Assembly (NCBI GenBank): GCA_965215505.1
Contig: OZ244065.1
Location: 5,728,001 to 5,792,000 of the forward strand
Length of the DNA stretch: 64,000 nt
Reading direction: 5' to 3'
DNA from: Capsulimonadaceae bacterium
GTDB lineage: Bacteria > Armatimonadota > Armatimonadia > Armatimonadales > Capsulimonadaceae
Numbering within the stretch: position 1 is the stretch's first letter; each line of letters begins with the position of its first letter. Both the position numbers and the translations under genes were made by a program. Of this stretch, positions 39,418 to 51,382 are shown one piece after another. A model generated the notes under the pieces. The model saw nothing but the letters and a program-made list of their open reading frames with translations, was not told where the DNA came from and did not search any database.

Positions 39418-40512
39418 ATGACCCAAGCGCATCTCGTCCTCGCGGACGGCACAACCTATACCGGGACCGCCTTCGGGGCGGCGGGGACGACGACCGGGGA
39501 AGTCGTCTTCAATACGGGCATGACCGGCTACCAGGAGATCCTGACCGACCCCTCCTACGCCGGGCAGCTCGTCACGCTGACCTACCCAATTATCGGCAAC
39601 TACGGAGTCACGCCCGACGATTTCGAGTCTAAGCGCGTCCAGGTCGCCGGGTTCATCGTCAAGGAATTGGCCGACGCGCCATCCAACTGGCGCTCGGTCG
39701 GCACGCTCGACGACTTCCTGAAGACGCACGGCGTCGTCGGCATCGCGGGCCTAGACACGCGCGCCCTGACCCAGAAATTGCGCTCCGTCGGCGTGATGAT
39801 GGGAGCCATCTCGTCCGAGATGACCCCCGCCGAAATGGCGCAGCTTCTCACGTCCGCCCGTTCCTATGACCACATAGACTATACGGCTTTCGTGACGACC
39901 GAACACCCTTACGTCTGGCCCTCGACGACGGGAGAAACGAAGTACAGGATCGCCCTGCTGGACTGCGGCGTCAAGTTCAACATCCTGCGCTCGCTGGCCG
40001 CCCTGGGCGTGGAGATCACCGTCTATCCGGCCCACACGCCGGCCGACGTGATCCTGGCGACCAACCCCGACGGCATCTTCCTGTCCCCTGGACCCGGCGA
40101 CCCGGCCCTGCTGGGCGACATCGTCCAGAACGTCCGCATCCTGTCCCATGCCAAGCCGACCATGGGCATCTGCATGGGCAACCAACTCATCGGGTGCGCC
40201 TTCGGTGGGCACACCTTCAAACTGCCGTTCGGCCACCGCGGCTCGAACCATCCCGTCAAAGACCTGGAGACGGGCCGGGTCGTCATCACGTCCCAGAACC
40301 ACGGCTACGCCCTGGCCGCCGACGGCTTTGACGACCCCGACGTGGAGGTCTGGCAGATCAACCTGAACGACGGCACGGTGGAAGGCCTGCGCCACAAGAC
40401 GCTGCCCATCTTCTCGATCCAGTACCACCCAGAAGCCTCGCCCGGCCCCGCCGACAGCCAGGGCTACTTCGCGCGGTTCCTGAAAATGATCGATGAACAC
40501 AGGGCTGATTAA
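39418..40512 (+). CDS. carA: Carbamoyl-phosphate synthase small subunit
   Basis: GEVVFNTGMTGYQEILTDPSY, SPGPGDP, GICMGNQ, SQNHG, QYHPEASPGP. Confidence 0.98.
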   Translation: MTQAHLVLADGTTYTGTAFGAAGTTTGEVVFNTGMTGYQEILTDPSYAGQLVTLTYPIIGNYGVTPDDFESKRVQVAGFIVKELADAPSNWRSVGTLDDFLKTHGVVGIAGLDTRALTQKLRSVGVMMGAISSEMTPAEMAQLLTSARSYDHIDYTAFVTTEHPYVWPSTTGETKYRIALLDCGVKFNILRSLAALGVEITVYPAHTPADVILATNPDGIFLSPGPGDPALLGDIVQNVRILSHAKPTMGICMGNQLIGCAFGGHTFKLPFGHRGSNHPVKDLETGRVVITSQNHGYALAADGFDDPDVEVWQINLNDGTVEGLRHKTLPIFSIQYHPEASPGPADSQGYFARFLKMIDEHRAD

Positions 40513-41998
40513 AGCCCCGCCCGTGGGGGCGGGAGTCCTACGCGCTTCCCTCCTCCTCACTTGCCTTCTGGTCCGCCTCACCGCGCTCGACGCCGACCCG
40601 CCGCCGTGGCTCTCGTGGAGTACAGGGCTGTACACGGATGAAGGCTTTTACACGCTGGACGCGCGCCACCAGGCGCTCTTCGGAACGCTCGCGCCGGGCG
40701 ACTTCCACGACCGGCTCCTGTCGCCGCTCCTAAGCCTGTTGCAGCAGGGCGTCTTCTCGCTCTTCGGGGTGGGGCTGATGCAGGCCCGTCTTCTGTCCGT
40801 CATGTTCGGCCTGCTGACGGTGGGCGTCTTCTGGCTCGGCCTGCGCCGCGCGTGGGGCACGAGGGCAGCGGACTTCGGCGCGCTGTTCCTGGGGCTGGCA
40901 CCGCCGTTCGCGCTCTATAACCGCCTCGCCTTGCAGGAGACGCCGACGGTCTTCTGGCTGGTCCTGGCCTTCACGCTCTGGGTTTATGGTGCCTGGCGTC
41001 CCGCCCTCTACGCGCTGGCCGGGCTGTCCGTCGCGTTCGCCGTGATGTTCAAAGGACTGGCGCTGCTGGCATCCCCGGCACTGTTGACCCCCCCCGCCCC
41101 CAATGCTGGGGGGGGCGGACAGGACGCGCCTGTAGGGGTGCCGCTTGCCGCGCCCTCCTCACGGGCGTCCTCTCTGAATCTGGCTCCCCCAGCATTGGGG
41201 GCGGGGGGGGCCATCCTGGGCATTGCTCTCTATCTTGTCCTGTGGTACTGGCCGAACCACGCCGAACTCGCACGGATGGCGGCCTATTACCGCGTCCATC
41301 AAGTGCAGCCGCATTCGTGGCACAGCCTGGGGCTGAATGTCCGCCGGGCGTTCGTCGGCGGCGAGCGGGGCGTCTTCCCGTACCTACTTGCAATGCTGCC
41401 CGTGCCGTGCGCGCTGGCAGGGTGGGGGCTATGGCACTGGAAGCAAATGAGCGCCGCCGGACGCTCCCTCGCCCTATGGCTTTTCGGCGGGCTGCTCTTC
41501 TGCCTGCTGTCGTCGTATGCGCCGAGCCGCTATTACGTCCTGTTCCTGCCTGCCTTGGCCGGGCTTGCGGCCTGCGCGGTCTCGCGATTGCGCCCGCGTG
41601 TGCAAGCCGCCGCCGTCGCCGCCTTTCTGCTGACGAGCGCGGTTTGGTACGGCGCGGCTTGGGCGGGGCGGTCCTACGCGCGCCGGGACGCGGGCCGGGA
41701 ACTGTCCCGGACGCTGCCGCCGGGGAGCATCGTCATCGGCGACTTCGCGCCCGCGCTCTGCCTGGACACGGCATTCGCCGCCGCGCCGGTGCAGCCGGGG
41801 CTGTCTAACGACGACCGCCCCGCCCAGCGGCTGAAGGCGACGCATGTTGTCGTGGCCCGGAACGCCGCCGACTGGCAGAACTGGTGGCGGATGCGGTATC
41901 CTAGCGTGATACAGCCCTCGCACCATGTCGCCGCGTTCGACCTCGGCGGTGCGCGGCATTATGTGGTGGATGTGTACGCCGTGAAGAAGACACGATGA
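40493..41998 (+). CDS. ArnT/PMT-family (GT-C) membrane glycosyltransferase
   Basis: TDEGFY, multiple TM segments, RLALQETP, K-G motif, RYY; carries an in-frame palindromic insert. Confidence 0.8.
   Translation: MNTGLIKAPPVGAGVLRASLLLTCLLVRLTALDADPPPWLSWSTGLYTDEGFYTLDARHQALFGTLAPGDFHDRLLSPLLSLLQQGVFSLFGVGLMQARLLSVMFGLLTVGVFWLGLRRAWGTRAADFGALFLGLAPPFALYNRLALQETPTVFWLVLAFTLWVYGAWRPALYALAGLSVAFAVMFKGLALLASPALLTPPAPNAGGGGQDAPVGVPLAAPSSRASSLNLAPPALGAGGAILGIALYLVLWYWPNHAELARMAAYYRVHQVQPHSWHSLGLNVRRAFVGGERGVFPYLLAMLPVPCALAGWGLWHWKQMSAAGRSLALWLFGGLLFCLLSSYAPSRYYVLFLPALAGLAACAVSRLRPRVQAAAVAAFLLTSAVWYGAAWAGRSYARRDAGRELSRTLPPGSIVIGDFAPALCLDTAFAAAPVQPGLSNDDRPAQRLKATHVVVARNAADWQNWWRMRYPSVIQPSHHVAAFDLGGARHYVVDVYAVKKTR
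41088..41210. repeat. 123-bp palindromic element inserted in-frame in the GT-C gene
   Basis: 25-bp inverted arms CCCCCCCCGCCCCCAATGCTGGGGG (41088-41112) / 41186-41210, with an internal GTAG-type REP at 41132-41156. Confidence 0.8.
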
Positions 41999-42360
41999 AG
42001 ACCGCCCTGCGCTATCTGTTATCCGTGATGATGATCGCGACGGGCATCCTGCACTTCGCCGCCCCGGAGAAGTTCGTCGCCATCGTCCCGGACTGGCTGC
42101 CCGCCCACCGGGCACTGGTGGCAGTCAGCGGCTTCTTCGAGATTTTGGGCGGCGTCGGCCTGCTGGTCAGGCGCGTCCGCCGAGCGGCGGCGTGGGGGCT
42201 GGTCGCCCTGTTCGTCGCCGTGTTCCCGGCCAACGTCAACATGGCGGTCAACAAGATCTTCCTGGACAACCCCTGGATTCTATGGGGGCGTCTGCCCTTC
42301 CAGGCCGTCCTGGTCGCCTGGGCCTGGTGGTTTACGCGGCCCGACGCGCCGAGCAATTAG
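41995..42360 (+). CDS. DoxX-like membrane protein
   Basis: GILHF, IVPDWLP, SGFFEI, AVFPANVNMA, RLPFQ. Confidence 0.85.
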   Translation: MKTALRYLLSVMMIATGILHFAAPEKFVAIVPDWLPAHRALVAVSGFFEILGGVGLLVRRVRRAAAWGLVALFVAVFPANVNMAVNKIFLDNPWILWGRLPFQAVLVAWAWWFTRPDAPSN

Positions 42361-42395
42361 TACGTTCTCGTTTTCGGTCAAAGGAGAATCAGACA

Positions 42396-42716
42396 ATGAC
42401 GAACGATCCGACCCCCTACTCGGAGATCGCGCAGTCGCCGCGATTTCAGGCGCTGCTGGCACGGAAAAAGCAGTTCCTCATCCCACTCTCGGCCTTCTTC
42501 TTCGTGTTCTACTTCGCACTGCCCGTGATGACCTCCTACTTCCCGTCCGTGGTCAATGTCAAGGCCATCGGGGCGATCACCTGGGCCTGGCTGTTCGCCT
42601 TCTCACAGTTCGTGATGATCTGGACATTGTGCGCCCTGTACGTCAGGAAGGCCGCCACCTTTGACGCCGACGCCGCCACGGTCATCGCCGGGGAGAGGGG
42701 AGGCGACCGTGCATAG
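42396..42716 (+). CDS. DUF485 (YjcH-like) small membrane protein
   Basis: SPRFQALL..K..F...L..FF..FYF; standard partner gene upstream of ActP; AAGGAG RBS. Confidence 0.88.
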   Translation: MTNDPTPYSEIAQSPRFQALLARKKQFLIPLSAFFFVFYFALPVMTSYFPSVVNVKAIGAITWAWLFAFSQFVMIWTLCALYVRKAATFDADAATVIAGERGGDRA

Positions 42717-44277
42717 CCAGGCCTTTACCCTGTTCCTCCTCATCGTCGCCGTGACGCTGGCGATCACCTACTTCGCCGCCCGGCGGACGCGCACGACGAG
42801 CGACTTTTACACGGTCGGCGGCGGGTTAAGCCCGATGCAGAACGCGCTCGCCATTACGGGCGACTACGTTTCGGCGGCTTCGTTCCTGGGCATCCCCGGC
42901 CTGATCGCCCTGAACGGCTTTGACGGCTTTTTCTACTGCATCGGCTTCCTCGTCGCCTACCTCGTCGTCCTGTACCTCGTGGCCGAGCCGCTGCGAAACC
43001 TCGGGAAATACACCGTCGCGGACATGATCGCGTCCCGCTTCGGCGATAGCCGCGTCCGCTCCATTGCCGCCGTCAACACGGTCGCCATCTCGATCTTCTA
43101 CATGATCGCGCAGATGGTCGGCGCGGGCGCGCTCATCAAGCTGCTGCTGGGGCTGGAGTATAAAACCGCCGTCATGATCGTCGGCGCTCTGATGACGGTC
43201 TACGTCGTCTTCGGCGGGATGCGGGCGACCAGTTGGGTGCAGATCACCAAGGCCATCCTGCTCATCTGCGGCACCGTCCTGATCTCGCTGATGGTGCTGG
43301 CCCGGTTCCATTGGAGCCTCACAGGCATGTTCGAGACGATGCGGACGGCGACCCCGCTGGGCGAAAAGTTCCTGCTGCCCGGCAACAAGTTCAAGGACCC
43401 GCTAGATACGATCTCGCTGAACCTCGGCCTGTTCTTCGGCACGGCGGGCCTGCCGCACATCCTGACCCGGTTCTATACGGTGAAAGACGCCGTCGCCGCC
43501 CGCAAGTCGGTCGTGACGGCGACGGTCCTCATCGGCCTGTTCTACGCTATGACCATCTTCCTGGGCTTCGGCGCGGCGGCCTTCGTCGGGCATGACGCCA
43601 TCGAGAAGGCCAACAAGGCCGGCAATATGGCCGCACCGCTGCTGGCAAAGGCATTAGGAGGCGACTTCCTGTTCGCCTTCGTCTCCGCCGTCGCCTTCGC
43701 CACCATCATCGCAGTCGTCGCCGGTCTGGTGCTGACATCGGCCTCGGCTTTCGCCCACGACATCTACAGCCAGATCATCCGCAAGGGCCAGGCCACCGAA
43801 AAGCAGCAGCTCACGGCGGCCCGCTATGCCGCCATTGGGGTCGCCGTCCTGTCAATCCTGATCGCCCTGGGCGCGGAGAAGCAGAACGTGGCCTTCCTGG
43901 TAGCCCTGGCCTTCACCGTCGCGGCCAGCGCGAACACGCCGGTCATCCTGCTGACCATCTTCTGGCGTCGGTTCACGACGACCGGGGCCATCGCGGGGAT
44001 GCTGACCGGCCTGATCAGCTGCCTCATCCTGATCTCGCTCAGTCCGAGCGTCTGGAACCCCGAGGCCGGCAAGGCGCTGTTCACCGGCAAGGCGCTGTTC
44101 TCGCTCGCCAACCCCGGCATCGTCTCGATCCCGCTGGGCTTCCTCGCCGCCATCGTCGGCTCCCTGCTGTCGGCAAGGCAGGTGGACTCGGCCAAGTTCG
44201 ACGAGATCCTGGTCACGGCGAACACGGGCCTGCGCTACGCCGGGGCGGCCACCGAACAAGAGATGCTGGTACACTAG
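42709..44277 (+). CDS. actP: Cation/acetate symporter (solute:sodium symporter family)
   Basis: NALAITGDYVSAASFLG, AEPLRNLGKYT, GGMRATSWVQI, GTAGLPHILTRF, AFATIIAVVAGL. Confidence 0.9.
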   Translation: MHSQAFTLFLLIVAVTLAITYFAARRTRTTSDFYTVGGGLSPMQNALAITGDYVSAASFLGIPGLIALNGFDGFFYCIGFLVAYLVVLYLVAEPLRNLGKYTVADMIASRFGDSRVRSIAAVNTVAISIFYMIAQMVGAGALIKLLLGLEYKTAVMIVGALMTVYVVFGGMRATSWVQITKAILLICGTVLISLMVLARFHWSLTGMFETMRTATPLGEKFLLPGNKFKDPLDTISLNLGLFFGTAGLPHILTRFYTVKDAVAARKSVVTATVLIGLFYAMTIFLGFGAAAFVGHDAIEKANKAGNMAAPLLAKALGGDFLFAFVSAVAFATIIAVVAGLVLTSASAFAHDIYSQIIRKGQATEKQQLTAARYAAIGVAVLSILIALGAEKQNVAFLVALAFTVAASANTPVILLTIFWRRFTTTGAIAGMLTGLISCLILISLSPSVWNPEAGKALFTGKALFSLANPGIVSIPLGFLAAIVGSLLSARQVDSAKFDEILVTANTGLRYAGAATEQEMLVH

Positions 44278-44311
44278 GGGCTGACATATTAGATGCTGGT
44301 GAACTAAGTCC

Positions 44312-44767
44312 GTGAAGCTGGATGAACTTTATCCCTACTGGGAGGGCGCGCATGAGGATCTGGTGGAAGCGGTCGAGCTGCTGACCGAGTGGCAGCTCGA
44401 CACCGAGCCGGGGCCGGGGGGGCGGTCCCTGCGGCAGATCATCCTCGGGTTCGTCCGCGCCGAGCGGTTCTGGATCGGCCAGCTCGTTGCGGGCCACGCC
44501 GAGTACCGCCCGCGCCCGGAAGACTTCCCGACCGGCAAGTCGCTCGCCGAGGCGCTCGGCGCGGCGCGCGCCGTCACCCAGCGCGTCCTGGACCCCCTCA
44601 GCCCGGAGGGCCTGCGGGCGGTGCGGACCGTACCGAACGACCCGCAGACGAACCGGCACGAGACGAACACGCCCATCGTCTGGATGTTCTGGCACGTTTT
44701 AGAGTTGGAACTGATCTGCCGAGGCCAGGTGATGCAGCGCATCGAAGACGAGAAGGCACGGGGGTAG
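44312..44767 (+). CDS. DinB/YfiT-like four-helix protein
   Basis: LTEWQL...GGRSLRQII..AERFW..WMFWHVLE.E..RGQ layout. Confidence 0.7.
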   Translation: MKLDELYPYWEGAHEDLVEAVELLTEWQLDTEPGPGGRSLRQIILGFVRAERFWIGQLVAGHAEYRPRPEDFPTGKSLAEALGAARAVTQRVLDPLSPEGLRAVRTVPNDPQTNRHETNTPIVWMFWHVLELELICRGQVMQRIEDEKARG

Positions 44768-44770
44768 GGG

Positions 44771-45286
44771 ATGGACCCGGTAGTGATCGTGGATTATGAT
44801 CCGTCCTGGCCGGGGCAGTTCAACGAGATCGCGTCCCGTGTCCGCGCCGCCTTCGCCGATGCTCCGCTTGTCGCTGTCGAACACGTCGGCAGCACGGCGG
44901 CCGTGGGACTCGCCGCCAAGCCCGTCATTGACCTGAACGTGATCGTGCCGACGCGGGCAGACCTCCCGGAAGCCATCGTCCGCCTGGCGACTCTGGGCTA
45001 CGTCCACGAGGGCGATAAAGGGGTGGCAGGGCGGGAAGCATTCCTGTGGCCGCCGGGAACGACACGCCATCACTTGTATGCCTGCGCCCAGGATGACGCC
45101 GAATGCCAGCGCCACCTCGCCTTCCGCGACTATCTGCGGGAGCATGGGGATGAGGCGGAGCGGTATGGAGCCTTGAAACGGGGACTCGCAGAGCGTTTCC
45201 GCCAGGACCGGGCCGCCTACAGCGAGGGCAAAACGGACTTCGTCGAGAGAGTGCTGGAAAGAACATGCGGGTTAGAAGATGGATGA
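44771..45286 (+). CDS. GrpB-family nucleotidyltransferase-fold protein
   Basis: YDPSWP, EHVGSTA..GLAAKPVIDL, FRDYLR, Y...K, YSEGK. Confidence 0.92.
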   Translation: MDPVVIVDYDPSWPGQFNEIASRVRAAFADAPLVAVEHVGSTAAVGLAAKPVIDLNVIVPTRADLPEAIVRLATLGYVHEGDKGVAGREAFLWPPGTTRHHLYACAQDDAECQRHLAFRDYLREHGDEAERYGALKRGLAERFRQDRAAYSEGKTDFVERVLERTCGLEDG

Positions 45287-45824
45287 GATCGCCCTGGTCG
45301 AGTACGACGCACACTGGCCCCGCCTGTTCGCCGAGGAAGCGGCGTGCGTTCGGGCCGCATTGGGAGAGGAAATGGTCGTCGCCGTGGAACACTTCGGCAG
45401 CACCTCGGTTCCGGGCCTTTCCGCCAAGCCGGTCATTGATATTCTTATCGGTGTCCGCTCCGTCGCCGAGGCGCGGGAGCAGGCTGTTTCCGCGCTGGAA
45501 GCCCTCGGATATGCGTTCTGGTACGACAACCCGAACGCCGCTCACTTGTTCTTTGTCAAAGGTCTGCCGCCGAACGGGCCGCGTACTCATCACATTCATA
45601 TGGTCGAGCCGGAGACGTTCAGGGACCCGAAGAACGAGGAGTCCCTCTTCTGGGACCGCCTGCTGTTCCGCGACTACCTGAGGGCGCACCCGGAAGAAGC
45701 GCGATGCTATGAGGCCGTCAAGCGCGACCTGGCCGCCCGGTTCGCCGAGGACCGGGAGGCTTACACCGACGGCAAGACCGAATATGTCAACAGCGTCATG
45801 CAGAAGGTGCACGACCGAGAGTAA
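45279..45824 (+). CDS. GrpB-family nucleotidyltransferase-fold protein
   Basis: [39 protein letters not shown]. Confidence 0.92.
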   Translation: MDEIALVEYDAHWPRLFAEEAACVRAALGEEMVVAVEHFGSTSVPGLSAKPVIDILIGVRSVAEAREQAVSALEALGYAFWYDNPNAAHLFFVKGLPPNGPRTHHIHMVEPETFRDPKNEESLFWDRLLFRDYLRAHPEEARCYEAVKRDLAARFAEDREAYTDGKTEYVNSVMQKVHDRE

Positions 45825-45826
45825 CC

Positions 45827-47506
<1,680 letters not shown>

Positions 47507-47509
47507 CCG

Positions 47510-48010
47510 ATGGCAGACGCCGACAACACCAAGCCCCTTGTTGCAGTGATTATGGGCAGCAAGTCCGACTGGGAGACGATGCGCCACGCCGATGACATCC
47601 TGACGCAGTTTGATGTCCCGCATGAGTGCCGGATCGTTTCCGCCCACCGGACGCCGGAACTAATGGCGCTCTTCGCCCGCGAGGCCGAGGGGCGCGGGCT
47701 GGAGGTCATCATCGCGGGCGCGGGCGGGGCCGCCCACCTGCCCGGCATGGTCGCCGCCCAGACACTCGTTCCCGTCCTGGGCGTCCCGGTTCAGAGTCAC
47801 GCCCTGAGCGGCCAGGACTCGCTGCTGTCCATCGTCCAGATGCCCGCCGGCATCCCTGTCGGTACTCTCGCCATCGGGAAGGCCGGTGCGACAAACGCCG
47901 CCCTGCTCGCCGTCGCTATTCTGGCGAATACTAGGCCCGATCTGCGTGAGAAGCTGCGCCGGTTCCGCGAAGAGCAGACCGAACGGGTTCAGGGGGATAC
48001 GGTGCCATGA
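47510..48010 (+). CDS. purE: N5-carboxyaminoimidazole ribonucleotide mutase
   Basis: [34 protein letters not shown]. Confidence 0.98.
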   Translation: MADADNTKPLVAVIMGSKSDWETMRHADDILTQFDVPHECRIVSAHRTPELMALFAREAEGRGLEVIIAGAGGAAHLPGMVAAQTLVPVLGVPVQSHALSGQDSLLSIVQMPAGIPVGTLAIGKAGATNAALLAVAILANTRPDLREKLRRFREEQTERVQGDTVP

Positions 48011-48894
48011 GAACACTGCTGCTGTTAATGCTGATCACTCTGCTGCCGGGTGGGCTTGTGTCTGCCGCCCCAATGCGGACCCGGCCGTATGTGGCAGGCG
48101 ACCTGGCGCGAGATCGTTTGCAGGGGATGGACAATGTCCTTTTGTCTTCGGACCAGGTTTCAGTGTCCCGGCCTGGGCATTCTGGAACATCTCTGTCTCC
48201 TGCTCAATCCAAGGCGGTTTCTGCGCGTCTGTCCGACCTAGTCCTGGACGATGCCTTGTACGTCGAGGACGCCCAGTTTGATCAAGGCGGCAATGCCAAC
48301 AGTGACACATTCACCGTGGGCAAATGGGGTCAAACCGTTACCGTTTTCATCCGGCGGGACAAGCCCTATTTGACTATCATGCGTTTCGACGGCAACCGGA
48401 TGATCATCGCCAATTATCTGCCCGTCCTGCCCAAAGTGATTCGCCTGCTTCAAGCGGTTGACCCGAGTGACCACAGCCTCGGCAACTTCCGTCCTGCCTC
48501 GCCCCCCATGCCAGTCGTCAAAGGCATCCCTGCGTCGGCTCTTGCCCGCATCGCGACAATCAAGCCGGGCATGACGCGCGCGGATGTGATGCATGTCTTC
48601 ACGACGGAGGGCGGGCTTTCGTCTAACCTCCGGAACCATTACGTTTACCGAGACTATGGCCTTGCCGGGATAGGTTCGAGAGATGGTATAGCGATGTTCA
48701 GTGGTAGGCTGCTCAAAGTAAACATCAATTATGCGCCACACGACGCCGACATCGTCTGGCTCAACGGGCGCGGGTTCTGGCTGCACCAGGCTGAATTCAG
48801 CCACCGCTTTCCTCCGAAGGATGCTCACGGGCAACAGGACGACATCATTCTACGCGTCTCGCCGCCCTACTTGGAGTATATGATTGTCGATTGA
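48007..48894 (+). CDS. Hypothetical secreted protein
   Basis: Signal peptide; C-terminal domain IKPGMTRAD...FTTEGGLS...DDII..VSPPYLE; overlaps both purE and purK; lower GC. Confidence 0.7.
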   Translation: MRTLLLLMLITLLPGGLVSAAPMRTRPYVAGDLARDRLQGMDNVLLSSDQVSVSRPGHSGTSLSPAQSKAVSARLSDLVLDDALYVEDAQFDQGGNANSDTFTVGKWGQTVTVFIRRDKPYLTIMRFDGNRMIIANYLPVLPKVIRLLQAVDPSDHSLGNFRPASPPMPVVKGIPASALARIATIKPGMTRADVMHVFTTEGGLSSNLRNHYVYRDYGLAGIGSRDGIAMFSGRLLKVNINYAPHDADIVWLNGRGFWLHQAEFSHRFPPKDAHGQQDDIILRVSPPYLEYMIVD

Positions 48895-50035
48895 AATCCT
48901 ACCCGGCGCGACCGTCGGCGTCCTCGGCAGCGGGCAGCTAGGCCGCATGTTCGCGCTGGCTGCGCGGCGTCTCGGCTACCGCGTCCACACGTTCTCGCCG
49001 GATACGGACACGCCGACGGGGCAGATCGCCGACCGCGAGGTGGTGGCGGCCTATGAAGACCTGGACGCCGTGCGGGACTTCGCGCGACAGGTTTCGGTCG
49101 TCACGTTTGAGTTCGAGAACGTCCCCGCCGAGACGGCGGAAGCCGTCGCCGCCCTCGTCCCCGTCCGGCCAGGGGGTACGGTCCTGCACGTCGCCCAGAA
49201 CCGGCTGCGGGAGAAGACGTTTTTGGCTGGGCACGGCATCCCGTGTGCGCCGTTCCGACACGTCACGACGCGGGCGGAGCTAAGGGCCGCGCTGGGTGAA
49301 CTCGGCACGCCCGCCATCCTCAAAACGGCGGGCTTCGGCTATGACGGCAAGGGCCAGGTACGGATCAGCCGCCCGGAGGAGGCGGACGCGGCCTGGGAAG
49401 AGTTAGACGGGCAGGACTGCGTTCTGGAAGGTTTCGTCGCCTTCGAGCGTGAGGTGTCGGTCGTCGCCGCGCGTGGCCTGGACGGCGCGTTCGTTCACTA
49501 CGGCCTGATCGAGAACGCCCATGTCGGCGGCATCCTGGACGTCTCGGTCTGCCCCGCGCCCTCCGTGCCGCCCGCCGTCTCCGCCGAGGCGGTCGCCGTG
49601 ACGCGGGCGGTCTTCGAGGCGCTGGACGTGGTTGGCACCCTCTGCGTCGAGTTCTTCCTGACCCCCGACCACCGGCTCATCGTCAACGAGATCGCCCCGC
49701 GCCCGCACAACTCGGGCCACCTGACCATTGACGCCCACGTCACCAGCCAGTTCGAGCAGCAGCTACGGGCCGTCTGCGGCCTGCCGCTCGGCTCAACGGA
49801 ACAGCTCCGGCCCGCCGCCATGGCAAACCTGCTGGGGGACGTCTGGGCGGACGGTGTGCCGGATTGGACACGGGCGCTGGCGATGCCGGATGTGAAGCTT
49901 CACCTGTACGGCAAGGAAGAAGCGAGGCACGGCCGCAAGATGGGACACCTGACGGCCCTCGCCGACACGCCTGAAGACGCCGCACGGCTCGCCCGCGCGG
50001 CCCGTACCGCCCTGCCCCCTAATCCCCATGCCTGA
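48884..50035 (+). CDS. purK: N5-carboxyaminoimidazole ribonucleotide synthase
   Basis: GSGQLGRM, TFEFENV, GYDGKGQ, NEIAPRPHNSGH, HLYGK..R.GRKMGH. Confidence 0.97.
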   Translation: MSIEILPGATVGVLGSGQLGRMFALAARRLGYRVHTFSPDTDTPTGQIADREVVAAYEDLDAVRDFARQVSVVTFEFENVPAETAEAVAALVPVRPGGTVLHVAQNRLREKTFLAGHGIPCAPFRHVTTRAELRAALGELGTPAILKTAGFGYDGKGQVRISRPEEADAAWEELDGQDCVLEGFVAFEREVSVVAARGLDGAFVHYGLIENAHVGGILDVSVCPAPSVPPAVSAEAVAVTRAVFEALDVVGTLCVEFFLTPDHRLIVNEIAPRPHNSGHLTIDAHVTSQFEQQLRAVCGLPLGSTEQLRPAAMANLLGDVWADGVPDWTRALAMPDVKLHLYGKEEARHGRKMGHLTALADTPEDAARLARAARTALPPNPHA

Positions 50036-50594
50036 GCCGCTGCTGATTCTAGTTTCCGGCCCGCCCGCCACTGGGAAGACGACACTGGCCCGCCGCCTGG
50101 CGGCTGAGTTCGGTCTGCCCCTGGTCAACAAGGACGGCATCAAGGAACTGCTGTTCGACACGGTGGGCACACAGGATTATGCATGGTCGCAGAACCTGGG
50201 ACGGGCGAGTATCGCTCTCCTTTACGACTTCACCGAGCGCCTACTGACGGCCGGCGTCAGCCTGATCGCCGAAAGCAACTTCCATGCCGAAGCCGACTCC
50301 ACTCTGCTGGCGGAACTGCGCGGGCGGCTTGAGTTCGTGCTGCTGCAAATCCACTGCACGGCTTCAGCGGACGTGCTGGAGGAGCGCAATGAGCGCCGCC
50401 GCCACACGTCGGAGCGTCACCCCGGCCATGTCCAGCCTCCGCAGCCCAGCCTGAAGCCGCACATCGAAGCGGGCGTCTGGCGTCCCCTGCACATTGAAGG
50501 AGTGACAGTGATCGTCCAAACCGACGAATTGAGTGCCATTGATTACGCCCCGGCCTATGCCGCCGTTCGCAATGCTCTAGGACTTGCTGAATGA
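50028..50594 (+). CDS. P-loop (AAA_33-like) kinase
   Basis: GPPATGKTTLA, KDGIKE, R..R...RHPGH. Confidence 0.8.
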   Translation: MPEPLLILVSGPPATGKTTLARRLAAEFGLPLVNKDGIKELLFDTVGTQDYAWSQNLGRASIALLYDFTERLLTAGVSLIAESNFHAEADSTLLAELRGRLEFVLLQIHCTASADVLEERNERRRHTSERHPGHVQPPQPSLKPHIEAGVWRPLHIEGVTVIVQTDELSAIDYAPAYAAVRNALGLAE

Positions 50595-51346
50595 CTGACC
50601 GAAAGACCGCCCTCGTGACCGGTGCCTCGCGCGGCATTGGACGTGCCATCGCCGTCCACCTCGCCTCCACCGACTTCCGCGTGGCCGTCCACTACAACGC
50701 CAACCAGGCCGCCGCTGAGGAAACCCTGCGGCAGATGGCCGGTGAAGGCCATTCGTTATTGGCCGCCGACCTCGCCGACCCCGACGCCGCTGAGAGGCTG
50801 GCGGCGGACGCCCTGGCCGCCCTCGGGGGCCGTGTGGATGTGCTGGTCCACAACGCCGGGCTGTACGAGGGGACCCCGCTCCTGGGCGGCGATGGCTTTC
50901 CAGCCTGGCGCGCGGCGATGCACCGGCAGATGCAGGTCAACTTCTGGGCGGGAGCGGACCTTGCTTACCATCTGGCCCCCGCCATGGCCGAGGCGGGGTG
51001 GGGGCGCATCATCCAGATCTCCTCCCGCGCGGGCTTGCGCGGCGAGGCGCGTCACGCGGGCTACGCGGCGTCCAAGGCCGCCCAGATCAGTCTCATCCGT
51101 TCGCTCGCGGTGGAACTCGGCCCGTCCGGCATCGGCTGCTTCGGCGTCGCGCCCGGCTGGACCGAGACGGACATGGCGGCGGAGGCGCTGGCGGCTCGCG
51201 GCGGGCAGATACGCGCCGAGATCCCGTTGGGCCGGGTGGCGACGCCCGAAGACGTCGCCTCGCTGGTCGCCTTCCTCGTCACCCCGGCGGCGGATTACCT
51301 GTCCGGCAACACGGTTGACGTCAACGGGGCTTCTTACTTGCGCTAG
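50591..51346 (+). CDS. Short-chain dehydrogenase/reductase (FabG-like)
   Basis: TGASRGIG, HNAG, YAASK, APGWTET. Confidence 0.92.
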   Translation: MTDRKTALVTGASRGIGRAIAVHLASTDFRVAVHYNANQAAAEETLRQMAGEGHSLLAADLADPDAAERLAADALAALGGRVDVLVHNAGLYEGTPLLGGDGFPAWRAAMHRQMQVNFWAGADLAYHLAPAMAEAGWGRIIQISSRAGLRGEARHAGYAASKAAQISLIRSLAVELGPSGIGCFGVAPGWTETDMAAEALAARGGQIRAEIPLGRVATPEDVASLVAFLVTPAADYLSGNTVDVNGASYLR

Positions 51347-51382
51347 ACGATTGAGGTATACTACCGTCACGAAGGCCCACCA

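Noticed and set aside
51314-51325. 12-bp palindrome GTTGACGTCAAC
   Set aside because: Lies in the conserved VDVNG end of the SDR gene; likely coincidental, though it is near the next promoter
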